DNA of 64,000 nt from Candidatus Krumholzibacteriia bacterium (GCA_050174015.1 JBFXKG010000005.1:163928-227927); one strand, 5' to 3'; shown: positions 32,923 through 43,246, counted from the stretch's first letter. The notes: generated from the sequence alone by a model not told the origin. Translations and numbers: made by a program.

Positions 32923-33123
32923 TTAACGACCCCTCCCATCGGCAGGACCCAGTTCCTGGGTATCGGTTTCGAGCGGCAGGGCCGCGATTTCGTCGATCTT
33001 CTGCTTGTCGCGCAGGCCGAGGAAGACGTAGGCCAGCACGCCGATGAAGATCACGGAGAAGATCAGCAGCCCCAGGGTGGGCCAGATCAGGTGATCGCTG
33101 TTGGCGTAGAATTCCCGGAACAT
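32923..33123 (-). CDS. ccoQ: cbb3 oxidase subunit IV
   Basis: Single TM LLIFSVIFIGVLAYV followed by IAALPL; lies between ccoO and ccoP. Confidence 0.8.
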   Translation of the reverse strand: MFREFYANSDHLIWPTLGLLIFSVIFIGVLAYVFLGLRDKQKIDEIAALPLETDTQELGPADGRGR

Positions 33124-33132
33124 CACGTCCTC

Positions 33133-35559
33133 CTAGTTCCCGCCCGCCGGAGCGGCGGGTTCGGCCGTCCCGCCGGTCGCTGAGGCCGCGACGGGGACGG
33201 GGGTGACGGGCTGCGGTCCGCGGCCGAGGCGCTGCAGGTAGGCGATCACCGCGGCCATCTTGGAGTCCGGAGCCAGGGTGATGCCCTTGGTGGCCAGGTC
33301 GTCGGCGATCAGCTGGCCCTGGCCGGCGAACCGCTGGACGGCCAGGTCGATGTCCTCGTCGGTGTAGGGGACTCCCAGCCTGCGCAGGGCCTGCATCCGT
33401 CCCACGTAGACTTCGGGATCCAGGGTCTGGGTCTGGAAGTGGGGGTAGGTGGGCATGTTGGACGCAGGCGAGGTCGACCGCGGGTCCATCAGGTGCAGGT
33501 AGTGCCAGAGGTTGTCGTACTTGCCGCCCACCCGGGCCAGATCCAGGCCGGTGCGCTTGCTGCCCCACTGGAAGGGGTGGTCCAGGATGCTCTCCTCGAG
33601 GCGGGAGTACTCGCCGTAGCGGAGCACCTCGTGCCGGAAGGGGCGGATCATCTGGCTGTGGCAGACGTAGCAGCCTTCGCTGACGTAGACGTCGCGACCG
33701 GCCAGCTCCAGGGGGCTGTAGGGTTTCTGCACCCACTTGGCCGTCTCGGCCAGGGCGGGATCGGCGGCGATCATCTCGTCGGTGATCGGCAGCGGGGTCT
33801 TGTCGCCGGCGATCAGGGTGGGGATGATCTCGACCGCGCCGCCCACCAGGATGGCCAGCAGGGCCAGGACGGTGAACACCAGGGCGTGGCGTTCGACCAG
33901 CCCGTACCAGTGGCCCCACTTCTTCTGGTGCAGGCCGTAGGAGATGATGGCGGCCACGCAGACCACGATGAACAGGGCCAGGATGACGGGGCTGACCACG
34001 GGGCCGGCCACGCCGAACCAGATGGCCAGCACGATGATGGCCGACAGGAAGAGCATGGGGGCGCTGGTGACCAGGGCCCAGCCGTTCTCCTTGTCGGGAC
34101 CCTGCCGCTTGACCGGCACCTGGATGCTGACGGTCGCGGGACTGCCCTGCCTGGCGGTCATGATCAGGTTGTAGACCAGCAGGAAGGAGCTGAGGAAGTA
34201 GAGGATGCCGCCGGCCAGTCGCATGTGATACATGGCCAGGCTGTTGGTCAGGCCCTCGATGAAGTCGGGGTACTTCAGGAAGCCCTCGGCGTCCAGGGCG
34301 CGCCAGAACAGGCCCTGGCTCACGCCGCTGACCCACATGGAGACGACGTAGAGCAGGATGCCGACCGTCGCGAGCCAGAAGTGGGTCTCGGCCAGCGTCT
34401 GGGAATACAGCTTGGTCCCGTACAGCCGCGGCCACATCCAGTACAGGATGCCGAAGGTCATGAAGCCGTTCCAGCCGAGGGCGCCCCCGTGGACGTGGCC
34501 GATGATCCAGTCGGTGTAGTGGCCGAGGGCGTTGACGCTCTTGATCGAGAGCAGGGGACCTTCGAAGGTGCTCATGCCGTAGAAGGTCACGGCGACGACG
34601 AAGAACTTGATGACCGGGTCGGTGCGCAGCTTGTCCCAGGCCCCGCGCAGGGTCAGCAGGCCGTTGAGCATGCCGCCCCAGCTGGGCGCCCAGAGCATGA
34701 CCGAGAAGATCATGCCCAGGGTCTGGGCCCAGTCGGGCAGGGCGGTGTAGAGCAGGTGGTGGGGACCGGCCCAGATGTACAGGAAGATCAAGGACCAGAA
34801 GTGGACCACCGACAGCCGGTAGGAGTAGACGGGACGCTGGGCCGCCTTGACCATGAAGTAGTACATCAGGCCCAGGGGGGGGGTGGTGAGGAAGAAGGCC
34901 ACCGCGTTGTGGCCGTACCACCACTGCACCAGGGCGTCCTGCACGCCGCCGTAGATCGAGTAGCTGTGCAGCAGGCTCGTCGGCAGCTGGAGGTTGTTCA
35001 CGATGTACAGCACCGCGATCGTGACGATGGTCGAGATGTAGAACCAGATCGCCACGTACATGTTCTTCTCGTTGCGCTTGGCGAGGGTCCAGAAGAAGTT
35101 CACCGCGAAGACGACCCAGACCACGACGACCAGCAGGTCGATGGGCCAGATGAGCTCGGCGTACTCCTTGCCCTGCGTCAACCCCAGCGGATAGGTGACG
35201 GCGGCCGAGACGATCACCAGCTGCCAGCCCCAGAAGTTGGCCCAGCTCAGGAAGTCGCTGGCCATGCGGACCTTCAGCAGACGCTGCGTCGAGTAGTAGA
35301 TGCCTGCGAACATCCCGTTGCCGACGAAGGCGAAGATGGCGGCGTTGGTGTGCAGCTGGCGGAGGCGGCCGAAGCTCAGCCATTCGAGGCCGAAGTTCGC
35401 CTGCCAGAAGGACAGTTGGGCGGCGATCAGTACGCCCACCAGCAGCGCGACCACGCCCCACACCACCGTGATGATGGAAAAGGCGCGGACGATGCCGTCG
35501 TCGAAAACGACGGTTTTCGTCTGGGTGTTCGCGGTGTTCGTGGCTTCCATGGGGAGCAC
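33133..35559 (-). CDS. ccoN: Fused cbb3 oxidase subunits I+II (CcoNO)
   Basis: LHTNAAIFAF, WWYGHNAV, WAGPHH, GHVHGGALGW, then CcoO CYVCHSQMIRP and WGSKRTG. Start 35559 (GTG) or 35550 (ATG). Confidence 0.96.
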   Translation of the reverse strand: MLPMEATNTANTQTKTVVFDDGIVRAFSIITVVWGVVALLVGVLIAAQLSFWQANFGLEWLSFGRLRQLHTNAAIFAFVGNGMFAGIYYSTQRLLKVRMASDFLSWANFWGWQLVIVSAAVTYPLGLTQGKEYAELIWPIDLLVVVVWVVFAVNFFWTLAKRNEKNMYVAIWFYISTIVTIAVLYIVNNLQLPTSLLHSYSIYGGVQDALVQWWYGHNAVAFFLTTPPLGLMYYFMVKAAQRPVYSYRLSVVHFWSLIFLYIWAGPHHLLYTALPDWAQTLGMIFSVMLWAPSWGGMLNGLLTLRGAWDKLRTDPVIKFFVVAVTFYGMSTFEGPLLSIKSVNALGHYTDWIIGHVHGGALGWNGFMTFGILYWMWPRLYGTKLYSQTLAETHFWLATVGILLYVVSMWVSGVSQGLFWRALDAEGFLKYPDFIEGLTNSLAMYHMRLAGGILYFLSSFLLVYNLIMTARQGSPATVSIQVPVKRQGPDKENGWALVTSAPMLFLSAIIVLAIWFGVAGPVVSPVILALFIVVCVAAIISYGLHQKKWGHWYGLVERHALVFTVLALLAILVGGAVEIIPTLIAGDKTPLPITDEMIAADPALAETAKWVQKPYSPLELAGRDVYVSEGCYVCHSQMIRPFRHEVLRYGEYSRLEESILDHPFQWGSKRTGLDLARVGGKYDNLWHYLHLMDPRSTSPASNMPTYPHFQTQTLDPEVYVGRMQALRRLGVPYTDEDIDLAVQRFAGQGQLIADDLATKGITLAPDSKMAAVIAYLQRLGRGPQPVTPVPVAASATGGTAEPAAPAGGN

Positions 35560-35613
35560 CTTCCTCCTCTACTCGATCGGTCGGGTGACGGACCTGGCCC
35601 TCGCGGGCCGCTT

Positions 35614-35856
35614 TCAGGGTCCTGGATCGGCAGGCTTGGCAATTGAATGGGCGGAACCATTGAAGCCCACCTCGTCCGGTTTGTCATCAGACAAATCCGG
35701 TGCGGATTCGATCGCGCCCTCGTCGTCGGCCAGGGGCAGCAGCGACAGCCGTTCGCCATGCTCGAAGTCCCCCTCGAACAGGCGGGAAAAGAAGAAGACC
35801 AGCCCCGCGATGACCAGCGTCACGCTGACGAAGACCAGGGCGATGATGATGTCCAT
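35614..35856 (-). CDS. ccoS: cbb3 oxidase maturation protein CcoS
   Basis: MDIIIALVFVSV...GDFEH...; overlaps the ccoI 3' end by 37 nt. Confidence 0.8.
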   Translation of the reverse strand: MDIIIALVFVSVTLVIAGLVFFFSRLFEGDFEHGERLSLLPLADDEGAIESAPDLSDDKPDEVGFNGSAHSIAKPADPGP

Positions 35857-38282
35857 TTCAACCTCCCGGGCGCTAGTCTCAGGGCCGTCAGGGTGACCAC
35901 CGAGACGGAACTCAGGGGCATCAGGATGGCGGCGACCACGGGCGTCACCCAGCCGGCGAGGCACAGCCCGACGGCGAAGAGGTTGTAGAGGACGGCGATG
36001 GCCAGGTTGTCGCGGACCACGCGGCGCAGGAGCCGGGCGGCGGCCAGGGAGCGGCCGATGGCGGCGATCCCGTCCCCCAGGAAGTAATAGTCGGCCTTGC
36101 CGGGCAGGACGGGGCGGTCCACCGCGGGGGTGGCTGCGCAGAGGGCGGCGGCGAAGCTGGGGCTGTCGTTCAGCCCGTCTCCCACCATGAGGGTGTCGTG
36201 CCGGTCCAGGTGCCGCACACGGGCGGCCTTGGCCTCGGGAGTCAGGCCGCCCAGGGCGCGTTCGGGCGCGATCCCCAGCAGGCGGGCCGCAGCATCGACC
36301 TTGTCCTGGCTGTCTCCGCTCAACAGGTAGACTTCCAGGCCCAGGTCCAGGAGCTTGCTCACCTCGTCGGCGGCGTCGGCCTTGAAGTCCTCGGTGAAGG
36401 AGAACGCGGCCAGGAGCTCGCCGTCACGGGAGAACACCGTTTCGCTGCCCGGGGACGTCCCGTCCCGCCCGGGGTCCGCGAAGCCGCGTCGGCCCAGGCG
36501 CCAAACTCCGTCGGGCAGGGCCAACTCCAGACCGGACCCGGGGATCTCGACCAGGTTCTCACCCTCGGCCCGGCCCCCGTCGAGAGGCGGGGAATCGGGG
36601 GACCGGAGGTGGGAGGCCAGGCAGACGCTCACCGGGTGATTGCTGCGGGCGGTCATGTGCTGAAGGACGGCCCGGGGACGGCCGGCCAGGCGGCCGAGGC
36701 CGGCGGCGGCTTCGGCGGTGAGGGCCAGCCGGCCCAGGGTCAGGGTTCCGGTCTTGTCCAGCAGCACCTTGCGCACCTGCAGGGCCTTCTCGGGAAAACT
36801 CGGCTTCCGCAGGAAGATCCCCGCCTTGCGCAGCCCGACGTGGATCAGTTCCTCGGCCAGGGGCGTGGCCAGGCCGAGGGCGCAGGGGCAGGTCACCACC
36901 AGGATGCTGATGGTGACCTTCAGGGCCTGGGTCGGGTCCTTGGCCGCCCACAGCGCGAAGCCGAGGGCGGCGGCCACCAGCACGGCGGTCACGTACCAGC
37001 TGCTGATGCGATGCCACCACTGGGGCCGGAATTCCTCGTCCGCGACGGTGGCCGAGGTCAGCAGGTCCTGCAGGCGGCTGTCCCGGAAGCCTTCCACGGC
37101 GGTGACGGTGAAGCCGTGCCGGCTGGCGTTGAAGGCGCCCGCCGGGATGGTGTCGCCGGGCGCGAAGGCGATCTGGTCCGATTCCCCGGTGATCCAGTCG
37201 AGGCTCACCTCGGTGGGCTTGCGCATGAGGATGCCGGCAACCGGGAGCAGATCCCCCGGCGCGATCCAGAGCTCGTTTCCCGCCTCGATCCCGGTGGCGG
37301 CCACCGATTCGAGATCCCCGCCGGGAAGCTGGCGCTTGACGGTCAGGTTCTCCGCGCCGCTGGAGTCGAGCAGGCTGTTGCGGTTGCGTTCGAGGATGTG
37401 CTCCTGGGCCCAGCGGCCGACCAGCATCAGCGCGATGAAGATGGTCAGGCTGTCGAAGTAGGCGTGATCGGGGCCGCCGGTGAGGAAGCCCCAGGTCGAG
37501 CCCGCATAGGCCATGACCATCCCCAGGGAGATGGGCACGTCCAGGTGGAGGACGCCCCGACGCAGGCCCGCCAGGGCGCCCTTGAGGAACACTCCGCCCC
37601 CCGCCAGCAGCGAGACGGTGGCCATCCCCAGGCTCAGCCAGCCGAAGAACCAGAAGAGGTTGCCGTCCGCCAGGCCGAAGTAGAAGCTGAGGCTGAACAT
37701 CATGACGTTCATGGCCATGGAGATGGAGATGGCCATGCGCAGCAGCAGGGTGCGGGAATGGCGGCGGACGCCGCGGGTGGCCGGTCCCAGGCGGTAGCCG
37801 AACTTCTCGACCTCGGCCAGGAAGTCCTCGAGTTCGCCCCTATCCGGATCCCAGTCCAGCTCGACCTTGCCCAGGGTGGGGTTGATGCGGATCTGGATGC
37901 CCGCCGGCCGGCGCTTGAACAGTTCCTCGATGAGCCACACGCAGGCTGCGCAATGGACGCCCTGGATGTCCAGGTCCAGGTGGAGAGGGCCGGTGGCGTC
38001 GCGCTCTGCGAGGATCCGGTCCAGCCAGCCGAAACTCTCGGGCCGCAGCACCGGAGAAGGTGCGGTTGCCCCGGGCTTCAGGTCGTAGAACCGGCAGAGA
38101 TCCTCCTGGTGGATCAACCGGTAGACCCCGGCGCAGCCCCGGCAGCAGAACGGCCCGTCATCCTGTTTCCAGAACCGGCCGAGAGGATTGCCGCAATGCA
38201 GGCATTCGCCACGCTCGGCGGCGCGGCGGAATTCGGCAGGCCAGTCCTCGGGCCAGGTCATGTCGAGGGTGGAGGTGGTCAT
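35820..38282 (-). CDS. ccoI: Cu-translocating P1B ATPase CcoI/FixI
   Basis: CLHCG, FCCRGC, HCAAC, TGES, CPCALG, DKTGTLT, GDGLND. Confidence 0.93.
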   Translation of the reverse strand: MTTSTLDMTWPEDWPAEFRRAAERGECLHCGNPLGRFWKQDDGPFCCRGCAGVYRLIHQEDLCRFYDLKPGATAPSPVLRPESFGWLDRILAERDATGPLHLDLDIQGVHCAACVWLIEELFKRRPAGIQIRINPTLGKVELDWDPDRGELEDFLAEVEKFGYRLGPATRGVRRHSRTLLLRMAISISMAMNVMMFSLSFYFGLADGNLFWFFGWLSLGMATVSLLAGGGVFLKGALAGLRRGVLHLDVPISLGMVMAYAGSTWGFLTGGPDHAYFDSLTIFIALMLVGRWAQEHILERNRNSLLDSSGAENLTVKRQLPGGDLESVAATGIEAGNELWIAPGDLLPVAGILMRKPTEVSLDWITGESDQIAFAPGDTIPAGAFNASRHGFTVTAVEGFRDSRLQDLLTSATVADEEFRPQWWHRISSWYVTAVLVAAALGFALWAAKDPTQALKVTISILVVTCPCALGLATPLAEELIHVGLRKAGIFLRKPSFPEKALQVRKVLLDKTGTLTLGRLALTAEAAAGLGRLAGRPRAVLQHMTARSNHPVSVCLASHLRSPDSPPLDGGRAEGENLVEIPGSGLELALPDGVWRLGRRGFADPGRDGTSPGSETVFSRDGELLAAFSFTEDFKADAADEVSKLLDLGLEVYLLSGDSQDKVDAAARLLGIAPERALGGLTPEAKAARVRHLDRHDTLMVGDGLNDSPSFAAALCAATPAVDRPVLPGKADYYFLGDGIAAIGRSLAAARLLRRVVRDNLAIAVLYNLFAVGLCLAGWVTPVVAAILMPLSSVSVVTLTALRLAPGRLKWTSSSPWSSSA

Positions 38283-38459
38283 GACGGTTCCTTGTCAGTC
38301 CGAACCATCCATGAAGCGTCTTCACGCATGATCCGGTCGGGGCTGGGTGGCCGGGCGAAACGTAGACAGAAATTGTCCTGTAGTCAACCAAGTGAAACGG
38401 TGGGATTTCCTTGACTGACAATGAGTTGCAATTTCAATCCAGCCCCGTTCCGGCCTGGG

Positions 38460-39212
38460 TCAGAACACCGGCCAGAAGCCCCACTTGATGGCCTCGATCA
38501 GCCCGAACAGCTTCCCGGCCCGGAACAGGAATTCCAGGCCGACGACCATCACCAGGATGGAGGCCACCAGGTTGAACCAGCGCTGGAGGGAGGGGGCGAG
38601 GCGTCCTGCGCCGAGGCCTATGGCCACCAGGACGGGTATCGTACCCAGGCCGAACATCACCATGATCCCCGCCCCGTGGACGGGGGTCGGGGCCGTCAGG
38701 GCCGAGATGGCCACCGCGTAGACGGGCCCGCAGGGCAGGAATCCGTTGGCGACGCCCAGGAAGTACCGTCCGGCCATGCTGGGGGTGCCGATGAGCCCCA
38801 TGAACTTCTCGCTGGTGAATCGACCGAGCTTGCTGCTCTCGATGAAGCGGGTGGTGGGCAGCCAGCCCCGCAAGCCCATGCCCATCATGAACATGAGTAC
38901 GCCGGCCACGAGGAACAGGCCGCCGCGGACCTCGCTGGAAGGACCGGCCGCCTGGGCGGCCGTGGCGAGCAGGCCGAAGAGCAGGCCGATCACGGCGTAG
39001 CTGTTCAGGCGCCCGAAGTGGTAGATGAGAAGTGCGGGCAACAGGGAGCGCAGGCGGCTGTCGTGCCTCCCCTGGGCAAGGGAGAAAGTGCTGATCAGGG
39101 GACCGCACATGCCGATGCAATGTCCGAGGCTGGTCGTCAATCCGATGCCCAGGGCGGCCCAGAAGGTCAGGACGGCGTTGACCTCGGGGGCGGAACCGCA
39201 ACAGCTTTCCAT
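38460..39212 (-). CDS. DsbD_2/TauE-like membrane protein associated with cco operons
   Basis: HCIGMCGP, YHFGR, NGFLPCGPVY, FGLGTIP. Confidence 0.88.
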   Translation of the reverse strand: MESCCGSAPEVNAVLTFWAALGIGLTTSLGHCIGMCGPLISTFSLAQGRHDSRLRSLLPALLIYHFGRLNSYAVIGLLFGLLATAAQAAGPSSEVRGGLFLVAGVLMFMMGMGLRGWLPTTRFIESSKLGRFTSEKFMGLIGTPSMAGRYFLGVANGFLPCGPVYAVAISALTAPTPVHGAGIMVMFGLGTIPVLVAIGLGAGRLAPSLQRWFNLVASILVMVVGLEFLFRAGKLFGLIEAIKWGFWPVF

Positions 39213-39350
39213 CAGATCTCCCAGTTCCCGAAGGGTTTATCGACAGGATGGCGCGTCCCGGGCAAACATAGGCAACCGGCGGCTTCCGGGCAACGGGATT
39301 GACGCTGGGAGGCGGGATCGCTAACTTCGCGGTTCCCCCATCCGGGACCG

Positions 39351-39890
39351 ATGTCACTCCCTGTCTTTCCGGCGAGGACCGTGGTGAACGAAAAGGTCCG
39401 GCACACCGTCTGGCGCTGGCGCGATACGGATCCGGCGGAGCCGGAGCACCCGGTTCGCGACGTCCCTGGCCGTATCCTGCGCAGCGGGCTGCCCGGCCTG
39501 GTGATCGGCGCGGTCCTGTGGTTCCTGGGGTGGCGGTGGCCCGGGGGGATCGTGATGGGCGCCAGCCTGGCCTTCGTCCTTTTGGGGCTGGTCGCCCCGT
39601 CCATCCAGCGGCAGGCGACGCACCTTCTTGAGCGGCTCGGGACCTGGACTGGCCGCCTGCTGGGCGTCGTTCTCCTGACTCCGGTATTCCTGCTGGTCGT
39701 CGTTCCGGGCGGACTTTTCCTGAAGGCCGCAGGCCGCGATCCCCTGCATCGCCGGCCCCTGCCCCCGGGACTCACCTACTGGATTCCGCGCCGCAACCGG
39801 CCCGAGCCCGCGCAGTACCGGCGCCAGTTCCTGGTCGAGGATCCCCAGGCGAGGGCCCTGGAACGCCCGGTTGAAGGGACCGCCGAATGA
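39351..39890 (+). CDS. SxtJ-like membrane protein
   Basis: Three TMs, GRDPL.RR...TYWIPR...YRRQF; overlaps the carbamoyltransferase start. Confidence 0.7.
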   Translation: MSLPVFPARTVVNEKVRHTVWRWRDTDPAEPEHPVRDVPGRILRSGLPGLVIGAVLWFLGWRWPGGIVMGASLAFVLLGLVAPSIQRQATHLLERLGTWTGRLLGVVLLTPVFLLVVVPGGLFLKAAGRDPLHRRPLPPGLTYWIPRRNRPEPAQYRRQFLVEDPQARALERPVEGTAE

Positions 39891-41722
39891 ACATCCTGGG
39901 GATCAGCGCGCTCTATCACGATGCGGCCGCCTGCCTGGTGCGGGACGGGCGGATCATGGCCGCCGCCCAGGAGGAGCGGTTCACCCGGCGCAAGCACGAC
40001 GCCGGCCTGCCCGTCCGGGCGACCGCCTATTGCCTGGCCGAGGGCCTGCAGCCCGGCGACCGGATCGATCGCGTCGTCTTCTACGACAAGCCTTTGACCA
40101 AGTTCGGGCGCATCCTCAAGACGGGCTTCGCGGTCGCCCCCCGCGGGCTCGCCGCCTGGCTCCAGGCCCTGCCCGTCTGGTTGCGGGGAAAGCTGTGGAC
40201 GCCCGGACGGCTCGAGGACATGCTGGCGGAGCTGGGGATGCCGCCGCCCGGAGCGGTGCTGTTCACCGAGCACCACGAGGCCCACGCAGCCAGCGCCTTC
40301 TTCCCTTCCCCCTACCCGTCGGCTGCGATCCTGACCATGGACGGGGTGGGGGAGTGGGCGACCACCAGCATCGGCCGCGGCTCGGACAACCGGATCGAAC
40401 TCCTGGAGGAGATCCACTTCCCCCACAGCCTGGGTCTGCTGTACTCCGCGTTCACCTCATTCACGGGATTCAAGGTCAACAGCGGCGAGTACAAGCTCAT
40501 GGGACTGGCGCCTTACGGCCGGCCGGTCCACGTGGACGCCATCCGGTCCCATCTCGTCGACCTCCGCGAGGACGGCTCCTTCCGCCTGAACATGGACTAC
40601 TTCGATTTCGCGGGCGGGCTGACCATGACCAACCGGAAGTTCGCCGACCTGTTCGGCGGGCCGCCGCGCGCGCCGGAGTCGGAGCTCACCCATCGCGAGA
40701 TGGATCTGGCCCGTTCGGTGCAGGCGGTGACGGAGGAGGTGGTCCTGAAGATGGCCCGCCACGCCCGGCGCCTGACGGGGGAAAGGCACCTGTGCCTGGC
40801 CGGGGGCGTGGCTCTGAACTGCGTGGCCAACGGGGCCCTCCTGCGGTCGGGGATCTTCGACGACGTGTGGATCCAGCCGGCATCCGGGGACGCGGGCGGG
40901 GCCCTGGGCGCGGCGCTGTTCGCCTGGCATCAGCTGGAAGGCGGACAGCGGCGGGCCGACGGCCGCCGCGACGCCATGCAGGGCGCCTACCTGGGACCCG
41001 CCTTCGACTCGGCGGAGATCGAGGCCTGGCTCCGGGCCAATGGCTATCCCTACCGCCGCCTGGAGCCGGGCGCCCTGGAGCCGGAGGTCGCCCGGATGAT
41101 CGCCGACCAGAAGGTGGTGGGACACTTCCACGGCAGGATGGAGTTCGGGCCGCGCGCCCTGGGCAACCGGTCCATCCTGGGGGATCCGCGCAGCGGGACG
41201 ATGCAGTCGGTGCTCAACCTCAAGATCAAGAAGAGGGAGTCGTTCCGGCCGTTCGCGCCGAGCTGCCTCGAGGAGCGGGCCGCGGATTTCTTCGAACTGG
41301 ACCGGCCGTCGCCCTACATGCTGCTGACGGCCCAGGTGCGCCCGGACCGCTGTCTCGACCCCGGTCCCCCGCCCCCGGACGCCGACGTGACGGCCCTCGT
41401 CAACCGCGAGCGCAGCGACGTCCCGGCCGTCACCCACGTGGATCATTCGGCGAGGATCCAAACCGTGTCCCGGGAGACGAACCCGCGCTACTGGTCGATC
41501 ATCAAGGCCTTTGAGGATCTGACGGGATATGGCATCCTCATCAACACGAGCTTCAACGTGCGGGGAGAGCCCATCGTCTGCACGCCCGCGGACGCCTACC
41601 GTTGCTTCATGGGCACGGGCATGGACGCCCTGGTCCTCGAGGATCTCGTGCTGGTCAAGGACGACCAGCCGGCCTTCGACTCCGCGACGGCGGGCGGGGC
41701 GCAGGATTTCCCCCCGGACTGA
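39887..41722 (+). CDS. O-carbamoyltransferase (NodU/CmcH/SxtI family)
   Basis: ILGISALYHDAAA, QEERFTR.KH, EHHEAHAASAF, GEYKLMGLAPYG, EFGPRALGNRS, NTSFNVRGEP. Confidence 0.95.
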   Translation: MNILGISALYHDAAACLVRDGRIMAAAQEERFTRRKHDAGLPVRATAYCLAEGLQPGDRIDRVVFYDKPLTKFGRILKTGFAVAPRGLAAWLQALPVWLRGKLWTPGRLEDMLAELGMPPPGAVLFTEHHEAHAASAFFPSPYPSAAILTMDGVGEWATTSIGRGSDNRIELLEEIHFPHSLGLLYSAFTSFTGFKVNSGEYKLMGLAPYGRPVHVDAIRSHLVDLREDGSFRLNMDYFDFAGGLTMTNRKFADLFGGPPRAPESELTHREMDLARSVQAVTEEVVLKMARHARRLTGERHLCLAGGVALNCVANGALLRSGIFDDVWIQPASGDAGGALGAALFAWHQLEGGQRRADGRRDAMQGAYLGPAFDSAEIEAWLRANGYPYRRLEPGALEPEVARMIADQKVVGHFHGRMEFGPRALGNRSILGDPRSGTMQSVLNLKIKKRESFRPFAPSCLEERAADFFELDRPSPYMLLTAQVRPDRCLDPGPPPPDADVTALVNRERSDVPAVTHVDHSARIQTVSRETNPRYWSIIKAFEDLTGYGILINTSFNVRGEPIVCTPADAYRCFMGTGMDALVLEDLVLVKDDQPAFDSATAGGAQDFPPD

Positions 41723-41744
41723 TCTCCGGGATACCAGGAGGGCC

Positions 41745-41909
41745 ATGAACAAGGTGCGGCGCCTCGGCGACCTGCTGGCGGAAGTCTGGATGTTCGCCCG
41801 GGCCAACAAGGCCTGGTGGATCGTACCCCTGGTGGCCGTCCTGCTGGTGATCGCCGCGCTGATCGTGTCCGGTCAGGCCTTCGCACCCTTCATCTACACC
41901 CTGTTCTGA
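41745..41909 (+). CDS. SxtK-like small membrane protein (DUF5989), 54 aa
   Basis: AGGAGG RBS; NKAWWIVP...APFIYTLF terminus. Confidence 0.85.
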   Translation: MNKVRRLGDLLAEVWMFARANKAWWIVPLVAVLLVIAALIVSGQAFAPFIYTLF

Positions 41910-41925
41910 GGATGTTCCGGGGATC

Positions 41926-43068
41926 ATGCGACCTGCGTTCTTCCCATTCCTGGCCGGGCTCGCCCTGGCGCTCGCGGCCTCCGGACCGGGGGGGCGGCCG
42001 GCCCTGGCCGCCGATCCCCCGCAGGCGGCCGTCCCGCACCGCGCTCCCCGGGTGTCCTGGGCCGAGGACGAGGACTGGGCGGCAGTCGTGGCCCGGGCCG
42101 GATCCCTGGATAAGCCGATCCTGGTCGACTTCTACGCGACCTGGTGCGGTCCCTGCAAGCTGCTGGACGCCATGGTCTACAACGAGAAGCCGGTCATCGC
42201 GGAACTGGCGGACGTGCTGACCTTCAAGGTCGACGTGGACAAGGAGCGCTACGACGATCTGGAAGAGGTCTTCGGCATCGAGCGCCTGCCGACCCTGGTC
42301 TGGTGCGATGCGGACGGAACCGAACTGGGACGGTTCACCGGTTACGTGTCGGCCGGGGAATTCCTGGCGACGGTGCGCGACTGGAAGGCCGACCGGGAAC
42401 GGGAACGCAGCCTCGCGACCGACCTGCGCGCCTCGCCGCGCGATCCCCGGCTCCTGACGGAACTCGCCCTGCGTCGGCTGGACCAGGGCCGCACCGGGGA
42501 CGTCTCCGGCGCCGTTGACCTGCTGGCGGCGCTGGCCGGGGATTCCCTGCGCTCGGACGCCGCGGAGGGCGTCCTGAAGGTGGCCGTCCGGGTGGACGGG
42601 GCGGGCGACCGGGGTCGGGCGGCCGAATTCGGTCGACGGGTCCTGGGAATGTATCCGGCCGAGGCTGCCGCGGACCGGACCAGACGGACGTCCGACCTTG
42701 CCGGTCTCGACCGCCTTGCCGAGTTCCAGGCCGCCTTGGGGGACACCGCCGGCCTCATGGGGACCTACGAGCGGATGCTGGCGTGGGACCGTTACCACCT
42801 GCCGGCGCTGGCCGGCTTCGCCGGTCTGGCCCTGGCGCAGGACGCCCGGTTGCCGGAGGCCACCACCCACGCCCTGCGGGCCGTCATCCGCAGCGACAAG
42901 GATCCGGAGATGATCCGCCTCCTGGCCGCGTGCTACCACCGCAGGGGTTTCACCGAGCGGGCGGTCAAGTGGATGGCCGAAGCGGTGTCCGGGGCCCCCG
43001 GAAACTTGGACCTTCAGGCGGACCTCGCCCGTTACCGGGAACTGGCGGCGCCGAAAACCCACCGCTGA
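41926..43068 (+). CDS. Exported thioredoxin-domain protein with TPR-like C-terminus
   Basis: Signal peptide; KPILVDFYATWCGPCK; helical repeats. Confidence 0.85.
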   Translation: MRPAFFPFLAGLALALAASGPGGRPALAADPPQAAVPHRAPRVSWAEDEDWAAVVARAGSLDKPILVDFYATWCGPCKLLDAMVYNEKPVIAELADVLTFKVDVDKERYDDLEEVFGIERLPTLVWCDADGTELGRFTGYVSAGEFLATVRDWKADRERERSLATDLRASPRDPRLLTELALRRLDQGRTGDVSGAVDLLAALAGDSLRSDAAEGVLKVAVRVDGAGDRGRAAEFGRRVLGMYPAEAAADRTRRTSDLAGLDRLAEFQAALGDTAGLMGTYERMLAWDRYHLPALAGFAGLALAQDARLPEATTHALRAVIRSDKDPEMIRLLAACYHRRGFTERAVKWMAEAVSGAPGNLDLQADLARYRELAAPKTHR

Positions 43069-43122
43069 CCGGGGAAACCGAATCGGGATTGGTTTTTATC
43101 TCATGTACGGTAAATCCCCGCT

Positions 43123-43240
43123 AAAAAAAGTGGACCGGCCCCGTATAACGAGACCGGTCCGACGGCATGCCGGTGGGGGATTGGAGGGAGATACCGACAA
43201 GCCGCTTTTCGAGGAGCGTGAACCGTGTGCGAAAATCCTT
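43123..43240 (-). ncRNA. Candidate ~118-nt small RNA with three hairpins and C-rich loops
   Basis: Upstream TTGCCG-N17-TATCCT; hairpins at 43206-43235, 43163-43204 and 43132-43160 followed by U7. G:U pairs form only on the minus strand. Confidence 0.65.
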
Positions 43241-43246
43241 GATTGA

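Noticed and set aside
38283..38459. FNR box upstream of the cco operon
   Set aside because: TTGAC half-sites exist, but none has the TTGAT-N4-ATCAA spacing.
39351..41909. Saxitoxin biosynthesis
   Set aside because: No core sxt genes in the window; this module occurs independently of toxin clusters.
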